A DNA stretch of 12,216 nucleotides from Azolla caroliniana (lineage: Eukaryota; Plantae; Polypodiophyta). The position numbers and the translations under genes were made by a program. Where the stretch lies: assembly GCA_043228905.1 (NCBI GenBank), contig JBHGNT010001086.1, forward strand, positions 1-12,216. The letters are read 5' to 3'. The notes beneath the pieces were generated by a model that did no database searches, was not told where the DNA came from, and saw nothing but the letters and a program-made list of their open reading frames with translations. Below, piece after piece: positions 1 through 8,490 of the stretch. Positions within the stretch are counted from its first letter, which is position 1. Every line of letters begins with the position of its first letter.

Positions 1-1
1 T

Positions 2-1234
2 CATTTTGTTGAGGATTATGTTCGGAGTTGTGATATATGTTGTCGATCAAAGAATCCTCGTCACCGACCCTATGGTTTACTACAACCACTTCCCATTCCG
101 GAAACTCCTTGGAAGTCTATATCCTTGGACTTCATTACTGATCTCCCAGTTTCAAAAGGTTTTGATGCAATTCTCACAGTGGTTGATCGATTTACCAAAA
201 TGACACATTTCTTGCCATGTACAAAGTCGATTACTAGTCAAGAGGCGGTTGATCTCGTTATGCGGGAGGTATTTAAGCATCATGGTCTGCCGAATGATAT
301 TATTAGTGATCGTGGTTCACAATTCATCTCAAAGTTTTGGAAGCACATGTTCAAACTTCTTCACATTTCAGTTAAGCTTTCTTCGGGCTATCATCCTGAA
401 ACAAATGGCCAAACAGAGCGTACCAACCAGACATTGGAACAATATCTTCATTGTTTCATTAACTATCAACAAGATGATTGGGTTGCTTTTTTGCACTTGG
501 CGGAATTCTCTTACAACAACTCAGCCCATTCTTCTACAAGATATTCCCCATTTTTCGCAAATACGGGCTGTCATCCTCGGTGGACGATGAATGCGCATCC
601 AAAAGTTCCTACCAACCCTGTTGCCGAGGATCGTCTTAGTCGCCTCCAAGAAATTCAAGCTAACATTCTCCACAATTTGCACGATGCTCAATTTACACAC
701 AAGAGGCTTGCCGATCGTCATCGTCTAGACTCCTCAAAAAAGTTCCGCATTGGGGATTATGTATGGCTTCTCCAACACAACATCAAGACCACTCGACCTT
801 GTAGTAAATTGGATTACCAACGTTTTGGCCCTTACATGATCACTGGTAAGATAAGTGATGTTGCATTTCGTCTTGACCTCCCTCCGCACACGCATCTTCA
901 TCCGGTGTTTCATGTATCCCTTTTGGAACCTTATACTACAAGTTCAATTCCGGGCCGACTTACGACACCCCCACCACCTGTCGAGTTCTTGGACGGGCCT
1001 GAATTTGAAGTTGCTGCCGTTCTCGATTCTAAAATCGTGCGCAACAAGCTGTATTACTTAGTCGATTGGCTAGGTTATACCCCCAATGGTCGAACTTGGG
1101 AACCTGCCGCAAATCTTTCCAATGCTGCAGAACTCGTCAATGCATTTCATAGCCAATATCCTTGTAAACCATGTCCTAATACAAACCCTACGACCCGTGA
1201 GACGTGTCGTCGAAGAAGGGGGATAGTGTCATGA
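2..1234 (+). CDS. pol: Pol C-terminus (5'-truncated by the window): integrase with zinc-finger CxxC, DDE core, GPY/F motif and C-terminal chromodomain
   Basis: Frame is open from nt 2 (HFVEDYVRSCDICCRSKNPRHRPYGLLQPLPIPETPWKSISLDFITDLP), so the 125 start in the ORF track is not a real start. Motifs: LDFITD, ISDRG, YHPETNGQTERTN, RFGPY, HPVFHVSLLEPY. No internal stops. Confidence 0.95.
   Translation, partial: HFVEDYVRSCDICCRSKNPRHRPYGLLQPLPIPETPWKSISLDFITDLPVSKGFDAILTVVDRFTKMTHFLPCTKSITSQEAVDLVMREVFKHHGLPNDIISDRGSQFISKFWKHMFKLLHISVKLSSGYHPETNGQTERTNQTLEQYLHCFINYQQDDWVAFLHLAEFSYNNSAHSSTRYSPFFANTGCHPRWTMNAHPKVPTNPVAEDRLSRLQEIQANILHNLHDAQFTHKRLADRHRLDSSKKFRIGDYVWLLQHNIKTTRPCSKLDYQRFGPYMITGKISDVAFRLDLPPHTHLHPVFHVSLLEPYTTSSIPGRLTTPPPPVEFLDGPEFEVAAVLDSKIVRNKLYYLVDWLGYTPNGRTWEPAANLSNAAELVNAFHSQYPCKPCPNTNPTTRETCRRRRGIVS
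1004..1160 (+). other. Chromodomain of element 1 integrase
   Basis: FEVAAVLDSKIVRNKLYYLVDWLGYTPNGRTWEPAANL matches the chromodomain pattern; aromatic-cage positions F, W and Y are present. Confidence 0.9.
1212..1226 (+). other. Polypurine tract (PPT) of element 1
   Basis: GAAGAAGGGGGATAG lies immediately before the LTR-initial TGTCA. Confidence 0.9.
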
Positions 1235-1290
1235 TAACACTCACATCATGCATCGAAAGGATGATGACACTCACATTATGACTCGAAAGG
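1231..1290 (+). repeat. 30-bp tandem duplication at the LTR 5' end
   Basis: ATGATAACACTCACATCATGCATCGAAAGG versus ATGATGACACTCACATTATGACTCGAAAGG, 26/30 identical. Confidence 0.9.
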
Positions 1291-1343
1291 ATTTGAACCC
1301 ACGACCTTGTTGTACACATGTCAAATCCTTAACCATTGTATTA
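1289..1343 (-). promoter_or_regulatory. Antisense tRNA-like RNA polymerase III A-box/B-box module inside the LTR
   Basis: Minus strand reads TAATACAATGG (A-box-like, 1343-1333), 33 nt, then GGTTCAAATCC (B-box, 1299-1289) in the context AGGTCGTGGGTTCAAATCC. The cloverleaf is not intact. Confidence 0.5.
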
Positions 1344-1395
1344 ATATTCTTATATGTATAGTCTCTAGAATATGAAATCTAATATCATAGGAATA

Positions 1396-1534
1396 TTCTA
1401 TATTACTCTACATTCTAGAATGACCTAGAATATTCTAGAGTGTTCTATACCACTAGAACCTTCTAGAATACTCTAGAGATCTTCTAGATTACTCTACATT
1501 CTAGGATAACCTAGAATATTCTAGAGTGTTCTCT
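1396..1534 (+). repeat. CTAG/TCTAGA-rich array in U3, including a ~52-bp imperfect direct repeat (about 1396-1448 and 1482-1534)
   Basis: ATTACTCTACATTCTAGAATGACCTAGAATATTCTAGAGTGTTCT recurs as ATTACTCTACATTCTAGGATAACCTAGAATATTCTAGAGTGTTCT; ten CTAG occur between 1415 and 1524. Confidence 0.9.
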
Positions 1535-1540
1535 ATTACT

Positions 1541-1548
1541 TATAAATA
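1541..1548 (+). promoter_or_regulatory. TATA box of element 1 LTR
   Basis: TATAAATA at the expected position in the LTR, downstream of the U3 repeats. Confidence 0.75.
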
Positions 1549-1650
1549 GGGATCTACCACCCATCCCAAACCTAAATTGGTTCAACGCCATTTTGTAGCT
1601 TACTCTTTGTAATCCATTTTACGCTTCAATACAATAATTCTCTTCAATTA

Positions 1651-1684
1651 TCTCTCTATCTCTTTTTCTCTCTTTCTCTCTCTC
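1651..1684 (+). repeat. Imperfect (TC)n pyrimidine microsatellite in U5
   Basis: TCTCTCTATCTCTTTTTCTCTCTTTCTCTCTCTC. Confidence 0.8.
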
Positions 1685-1694
1685 AGTCTTGACA

Positions 1695-4461
1695 CATTCC
1701 AGGCTCAGTTCTATTACCGGTGTCGCTTTCCCCGGTCTCGACTGGTCGGTTCGCTGCTACTTCTTCCTTTGCTTCGAAGTTAACCTGCAACAACTCTTCT
1801 TCACTCCTGGCGTTGGCCTGCAACTGCTCCTCCCGATTCATCTAGACCGGTTGTTCATCTTCGGTTGTTTCCTGTCGGGGTGGTTTGGTGTCGGTTGGTT
1901 GTGTCCCAGCCGGTCGCTCTTCATCACTTATTGTGATGGGCGTTGTTTTACCCTCGGCTTCCTGTTGTTGACGTTGCTCGTACTTCTCTAACTCCATCTG
2001 CGTTTCGGGCTGCCCGTCGTCCAGTCTTTCCACCAACACCCGGATCTCCTTTAGATGTTCTTCTGCCAAAGCGAAGAAATCCTCCGACGATTCTTCCTGA
2101 ATGGTGACTATGCTTTCTTCATCCATTTTATAAAATTTGTCACCTGTCTTCCGCTAGTTCTCAGCATCAGCTCGGAGTGTCTGCAACTCTGCTGCCTGTT
2201 GTGCCCACTCCTTCCATACCTTCTCAACACTTTCATTGATACTCGTCTGAGCTCGGTCCCTCCATGCCGACATGATGAGCCGGATCCGGTCCACTCCTAC
2301 TTGAGCCCATGCATTCGCCTCTTCCTTTTCCTTCCTCAACCGTATTATATTTGCCGTCGCCGCCTGGGCTTGGCTTTCATACTCCGCTGCCTTCCGTTCA
2401 TATGTACTCTGAAGTTTGTTCAACGTATAAGTAGCCTGTTCCTTTTCTTCGTTCCGGTTCTTGGCCAGCTCCAGCTTTTCCCGCCTCAACGCTTCCAATT
2501 CCTTCCTTCGCGCCGTTGCTTCGGTTATCTCTGCCGACAATGCTTCCTTTTTGGCACTCACTTCAGTCTCCTTCAGCTGCTCTTTAAGCTTTTCAATCTG
2601 CCGGTCGTACTCCGCTCCCCGTTTCTTGTTGTCCGACTCTGCCTGCTTGTGGTCCCGATACAGCCTGTCGAAATCCTCTGTTTTCTGCTTCAGTCGTCGG
2701 GTCACCTGAGCCCGTAACCAATTGCCCCGGTCCTTCCATTGGCAGAGTTCTTCCTGTAGACATTCAATTTCTGTCTCGGCATGTCGACACAGTCTATCCT
2801 TTTCCTTTTGTAGCTTGTCCTTCTCCTCTCTCAGTCGGTCGTTATTGGCCTGGACTTTCCGGAGGCCCTCTTCCATCCTCCGTCTGTCCTCTTCCACCAA
2901 TTTCCGCTGCTCTCGTTCTTTTTCTCTCAACGCCTCCTGAGCCCTTAACTCCTCTCTCAAGGTTGCTATGACTTTTTCGGACTCAGGGCCGGTTTGCAAG
3001 GCCTCTCCTTCCACCGGTTCTGGTTGCTTTCTTGTTGTCCCGACCGGCTCGGTGACAACCTGTGCTTGTTGGCTCGTTGCGTCTGCTTCCGCCACCCTTT
3101 CATTTGCCTGTATCAGCTCCCCCTGCAACTCCTGAATCTGTGTTCGGAGCGAGACCAATTCTTGGGTTGTTGTTCACGTAAGGTGTTCCCTACGCATTTC
3201 CTCCTCATCCATTTGGTCTGCTACCCCCGACACTTGTTCTGAGAGCCACCTCAGCCACTGTTGCATGGTAGTTCTTTCCAGTCCATCATCTGGGGTGCTT
3301 TGCGCGCTTCTGCTCCTTGGTCCAGGCTGTTGCTCTTGTCCACCCTCCGGCTGTGTTGCGGTCTTCTCTGGTTCCGACACCCGTTCATTTCCCAAGTCCG
3401 GGAATGACGGTTCTCTACTGAAATCTGGCAAATCCTGTTCTGGTGCTACCTCCTTTGGTGCGGCCCTGGCTTCTTCTTGTTTCCCTTCCGCCACGGTTAC
3501 TGGAGTCGGTCCCTTCGCCCGTCGCTGAGTACCGCCAACTAGTGGAGCTGGTCCTTTTGCCCATTTCTCCCGACCCTGTCTCGGTGGGAGTCTCTCCAGT
3601 GGTTCGGTTGAGTCCTCCAGCTCAGCTTCCTCCTTCGATGCGGTTCCCAGATGGATCTTTTGTACAAAGTCCTCTGGTTCAGGTTCCAGCTGGTGCGTTT
3701 CGGCCGTCGCATCGGCTCTTCTTCGGCCGGTTCTTGTGCGCAGGTGGTCTTCTTTGTCGCTTTTTCCTTCCCCTTCCCCGCCGGTTTTGCCTATGCCGCC
3801 ACCTGTTCCGGTTGTTGTCGGGATGGCCCTTCTTCCGGTTGTTCTTCTCCTTCCTAGGTCCATCCCGGAGTGTGTTTTTCCAGGAGTTGTCGGCGTTTTG
3901 TTGTCTTCTTAAGAGTGGTCTCCTGCCGACCTCGCTTCTTCTGTCTGATGGGGAGAACCAGTGGGACCAACACAGTCAACCACTGCGCTATACCGGCCCA
4001 TGACTTCTTCCCATCCACCAGGTTCTCGATTGCGTCCTTCAATCCTTCGGTTATGAAGTGGAGCAAATCCACTCGCAACCCTTCATACGCTGCAATCACG
4101 AACCCTGTCTGGTACTTTGGTATGGCCAGGGGCGAGGGTGTACAAACCCGTGCTCCATCATGGCACGGGCCACCTCCCCGAACAAGAGGTTCTGTCCGCC
4201 CTGCGTTCGGTACGCCTTGCTGCTTAACGAGTATTCTTCGAAGTATTCAAACAAGATCTGATTGGAGGGGTTCTCGATAGATCGGAGTCCTCCGGCTTGT
4301 AGTCCTGTGAGCGCCTACACCGCGCCTTCCGTGACCTCCGACAAATCGATTGTTGTTGCCGCCTGCTCCGGTTCTGCGTGTGGTGGAGCGTCGGCGATTT
4401 GTAGCAATCCTTCCAAACCGTTTTCTGTCATCCATTGCAGTGCTTCCTCTGACAGCGCCAT
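1695..4461 (-). pseudogene. Large extra sense ORF downstream of pol (about 920 codons or more): N-terminal globular-looking region, basic cluster, E/K/P-rich linker, long coiled coil, acidic tail; function unknown
   Basis: Reconstructed from ATG 4461 (MALSEEALQWMTENGLEGLLQIAD...) through track ORFs 3854-4099, 3174-3863 (3' part), 2154-3158 and 1842-2126, on to 1695. The last three share one frame. Six stops, all TAG or TGA, and about two frameshifts (near 4130 and 3695). Confidence 0.72.
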
Positions 4462-4942
4462 GGGTCCTGCTTCTTCCTCTAGGGTTTGCTGCTCGGTGTG
4501 GGAGATACGCGCTGAGTGTGTGGGTGCTCTTCTGTGCCTTGCGCCTGTATGACTGAAAATTCGTAAAACGTGAATCCCTCACATGCCTTTGCATTTTGTA
4601 GGTGCATTTTTCTCGAGCCGTCCTTCCCTGATTCCCACGCATGCATCTGTCCTGCCATACTTAGCAAGTCCTTTCTTGATTCCCGCGCATGCATATCTGC
4701 TCGTACTTCGGTGGCTGCGCTTTAAATAGTAAGTCCTTGCCCACGCTCTGTGCGTTAAATAGCAAGTCCCCCACGTCTCTCCATTTATTAAATGGCGCCT
4801 TTTCATTTTGTAATTGGCGGTGCTTCCTTTATTAATGGCTGGTGCTCCCACCTCTTCCATTCTCCTTCATCATTATTACCTGTTTATTCTTATTCATTTA
4901 TGTTTTCATTTTTCTTGTTTTTTTTTTCCAAAGTCTATCATG

Positions 4943-6200
4943 TCACTTGTCGGTTATAACCGGGTTGTCCGGATTAGTTCTCGCCGGTACCGGGACCTCT
5001 TCTTGCCGGTTATCCAGATCGGTTCCTGTCGGTGCCGGTTCCTCCTCTTGTCGGTTCTCCGGGTCGCGTGGTTCCGTGTTCCTTTGGAACGGGTTGGCTG
5101 GCATACGTCCTTTATAAGGCTTCAGCCAGAAACCATTTGCCCATTTGCCGATGACTTCTCCCGCCAACGTGCCGAGCTGGTACAACCCATTGTACTCCTT
5201 GGTTATCCAGAACGGTCCGGTCCACCGAAACCGTAATTTCCCTGGAATGTTCCCCATTCGGGTCTGGAACAGTAGTACCGGTTTCCTGACTTCAAACTCC
5301 TTTTCGTTGCCCCACCGATTCCGGTCCACGAACGTTGTCCTTCTCCTTTGTTCCAGTTCCAACTGCAGCAAATTGGCTATCCGGTTTTCCTCCAACTCCA
5401 ATAATGTTTTCAGTCGAATTTGTTCGGACTCTTTTTCGCTCAAGCGTTCCTTTACCTAGATCCGTAAACTGGGGATCTGAAATTCGACCGGCATCACCGC
5501 TTCTAAGCCGAATGCCAGTCGGAACGGGATTGTCCGAATGCTGGTCTTATATGTTATCCGGTACGCCCAAAGTGCGCTCTGCAAGTTTTGTGTCCCAATC
5601 GGTTCGGTTCTCGCTGACAATCTTCCGTAGAATGTTTTGCACGGTCTTGTTCGTCGACTCAGCTAGTCCGTTGGCTTGCGGGTAGTAAGGAGTGCTTCGT
5701 TTGTGTACTACCGCGTAAAATGACGTCAAACTTTCCACTACCTGCACGAGAAAGTGCCCTCCTTGATCGCTTATTAACTCGATCGGGCAACCATACCGGC
5801 ACCACATGCATTCTTACAGGAATTTCGTTGTGGAAGCAGCCGTGTTGTCCCTTAATGCCTTTGCCTCCACCCAGTTGGTACAGTAGTCGGTAGCCACTAT
5901 GATATAACGATTTCCGGTTCTCATGGTCGGGGGCTTAAAGGGATCGACAAAGTCCAGTCCCCACTTCTGAAATGGTTCCAAGGGCAGAACCGGGTGGTGC
6001 GGCATTCTGGCCTGCTCCGTTGGTTAGCCCAGTCGCTGGCACAAATCACATTCTTTGTTATACCTTACAACATCCTTTAGAGTGGTTGGCCACCACAGCC
6101 CGCTTTGCCATATCTTCCGGGTTGTTGCTTCGCTGGCATAATGCCCTCCGGCTATGCCACAGTGGGCCTCCCTGAGGATCAAATCTTTTTCGTCACTCCG
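4943..6200 (-). pseudogene. pol: Element 2 integrase (HHCC zinc finger, DDE core, GPF motif), disrupted
   Basis: ILREAHCGIAGGHYA...KECDLCQR; [12 protein letters not shown]; ELISDQGGHF; YYPQANGLAESTNK; FRWTGPFWI; ends at the 4943 stop with no chromodomain. Confidence 0.92.
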
Positions 6201-7800
6201 CACCGTTCGTCTCTAGGGTGTCTCCGACCAGACAGAAGTGTCTGCTTTTGACCGCCACCCGTTTCCTCTCGTCACGATCCATGTTTTCCGGGGGTACTCC
6301 GGTGCTCAGGAACTGGTGCATTTCGGTTAGCCATTTGTCCTCGTCTGCCACCGTTGTATCCGTGGTCGGCTCTGTCGTGATCCGGAACAACTTGGCGTCG
6401 GGAAACTCATCTTGTACGTCGTTGCCTGCTTCTCCGGATTTGAGCGTACTTAAGTAATCGACTACCGCATGCTGCACCCCGGGTCGGTGGAAGATGTCAA
6501 ATTCGAATTCTTGTAGTAGCAATGTCCACCGTGCGATCTTCCCGGTCAATGATGCATTTGATACCAGGTAAAGTAATGCCGAATGGTCTACATGGAAGGA
6601 GAATTTCCTTCCGAGTAAGTAGTGTCTGTACTTTGTGACACTATATACCATACCCAAGGCCTCTCGTTCTGTTGTGGAGTAGCTCCGTTCTGCTTTGAGA
6701 GTTTTCGGCTCGCGTAATATACCGGCCGGTACCATTTTGGCTCCGTTAGCTGCATTAGAACACTGCCGATTGCAACGTCCGACGCGTCGACGAAGACGTG
6801 AAAGCTTTTGGTCCAATCCAGCGGTTGAACTACTGGGGCTTGTGATAGCATAACCTTTAGTGCTTGGTATGCCTTTTCTTCGGTGTTCGCCCATTGGAAG
6901 GGCACCCGGTGTACGGCGGCGTGTAATGGTGTAGCACAATCCGCGAGGTGCCGTATCATCCGGCTATGCCACCTAATTTGGCCCAGGAACTGACTTAGGG
7001 CTTTCGCATTGCTTGGCGCCGGTGCCTCGAGGATTGCTTTTACCTTGTCCGGATCTACCGCGATCCCTTCCTTGCTCACCACGTGTCCCAGTAGGTTGCC
7101 GCTCGCTACTCCAAAGACACATTTGGCCGGGTTCAAGCTCAGATGATATTCTCTGCACTTTTCTAAGCATAACCGCAGGTGATCGAGATGCTCCGCTTGT
7201 CGGCCGTAGACTGCAAAATCGTCGAGGAATACCTGCATAAACCCCGGAATGTACTCTCCAAATATTTCCATTATTATACGTTGGAACGTTGTTGGGGCCG
7301 TCTTTAACCCGAACATCATCACGACTACCACAAACACCCCCCATTCTGTAACGAAGGCTGTTTTCTCCTCATCGGCCGGGTGCATTCGGATCTAGGAAAC
7401 TGTATACTTCATGGGCCGCCACCGCATCCAGCACCCCGTCCGTAAACGGTAGTGGGAATGCGTCGGTTACTGTTGCCGCGTTCAATTTCTGGTAATCTAC
7501 GCATACCCGGATCTTGCTTTTCTTCTTTGGAACAACCACTATCGGGCTTAGCCAGGTCGCCTGCTTTACTGGTCGGATGAACCCGACCCGGAGTAACTTG
7601 TCGATTTCCTCCTTGACCTTTGCCGCATAGTTCGGGTTCATCCAGTACCTTCGTTGGGCTATTGGTTTCGCATCTGTACTCAGATGAATCTGGTGTTGGT
7701 ACAACTAGGGGTTCAGCCCTCGCATTTCTTCATACGACCATGCGAATACGTCCCTGAAATCCGTTAGCAGTGCCACCATTGCTTTCTTTTCCTCATCCGA
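6201..7800 (-). pseudogene. pol: Element 2 reverse transcriptase and RNase H, disrupted
   Basis: WLSPIVVVPKK, RVCVDYQKLN, AFPLP, MMFGLKTAP..FQR, VFLDD, LNPAKC; RNase H FHVFVDASDVAIG, YYASRKL, YSTTEREALG, VDHSAL, RWTLLLQEF. Boundaries are approximate. Confidence 0.95.
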
Positions 7801-8164
7801 CAACTCCTTTGCCACGTTGACCGGTCTTGGCTTGTCCGTCGTACCGAGGTCCACCTCCTCTAGCTGGGATGCCTTCACTCTCTGGGATATTGTCATTTCT
7901 CTCTCCAATGACTCTTGTGCCTGGCGTAGTTCCCGGATCGCTGCTTGATCCGGTTCGTCCGGTTCCGGCATCGTGATATATGGTTCTACCGTTGCCGTGA
8001 TGTCGACCTCAAATAGCGGTACAATCCTTGGGTGTTCCTCCATGTAGCGATCGATCTCTTCATCTGGTAACCCCTCCAACATATTAATACTTTCTGCATG
8101 TAATGGGGTTGCTTCTTTGCTGGCGATTGCTCGTGGTTGCGTATCCACACGTACCTTCGTCTTC

Positions 8165-8490
8165 CCACGCCGGAATGTGATAATGTTCTTTTGCCAGTTT
8201 TATTTGATATGTGCCGTTCGTAGCCATGGTTGTCCCAGCAGCAGAGGATAAGCTCCTTGCACGTTCGGCTGCAGCACCATGGCCAATATGCGGAATACGT
8301 GGCCTCCGATTGTGATGTCCAGGTCCCGGATAAGCCCGGTCGGTCGGACTGAGCTGGTATCTGCCATGCGTAACCAGAAAGGACACGACTCCCATTCCCG
8401 GATGCCCAGGTTATCGCATATTTGCCGGCTGATGACGTTTACTCCTGATCCTCAGTCAATGATAGTTCCATCGATTTCCTTTCCCTTCAC
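8165..8490 (-). pseudogene. pol: Element 2 aspartic protease, disrupted
   Basis: GTIID*GSGVNVISRQICDNLG...LRMADTSSVRPTGLIRDLDITIGG...YPLLLGQPWL; the active-site DGGSG carries a stop at 8452-8454. Confidence 0.85.

Larger units (their letters stand above)
1..1694 (+). mobile_element. Element 1: 3' part of a Ty3/gypsy chromovirus LTR retrotransposon (Tcn1-like); the 5' part lies outside the window
   Basis: Integrase-chromodomain ORF, then polypurine tract, then a TG...CA bounded LTR, in canonical order. The clade call rests on the classical-type chromodomain and is an inference. Confidence 0.93.
1227..1694 (+). repeat. 3' LTR of element 1 (468 bp)
   Basis: Starts TGTCATGA right after the PPT and ends TCTTGACA (7/8-bp terminal inverted repeat). 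AT-rich, contains a TATA box and a CT tract; base composition changes abruptly after 1694. Confidence 0.9.

Noticed and set aside
1278-1350. Functional tRNA gene on the minus strand
   Set aside because: Acceptor and anticodon stems cannot pair and the T-stem is weak; kept only as a tRNA-like promoter module.
2055-2717. 220-aa hydrophobic, Leu/Phe/Cys-rich + strand ORF resembling a membrane protein (likewise 1689-1991 and 3443-4003)
   Set aside because: Antisense shadow of the purine-rich E/K/R coiled-coil ORF on the minus strand; no independent motifs.
2154-3158. Stand-alone host myosin/SMC-like coiled-coil gene
   Set aside because: It is in frame with flanking segments across single C>T-type stops, has no ATG start of its own or evident introns, and lies inside element 2. 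Any similarity would be generic coiled-coil composition.
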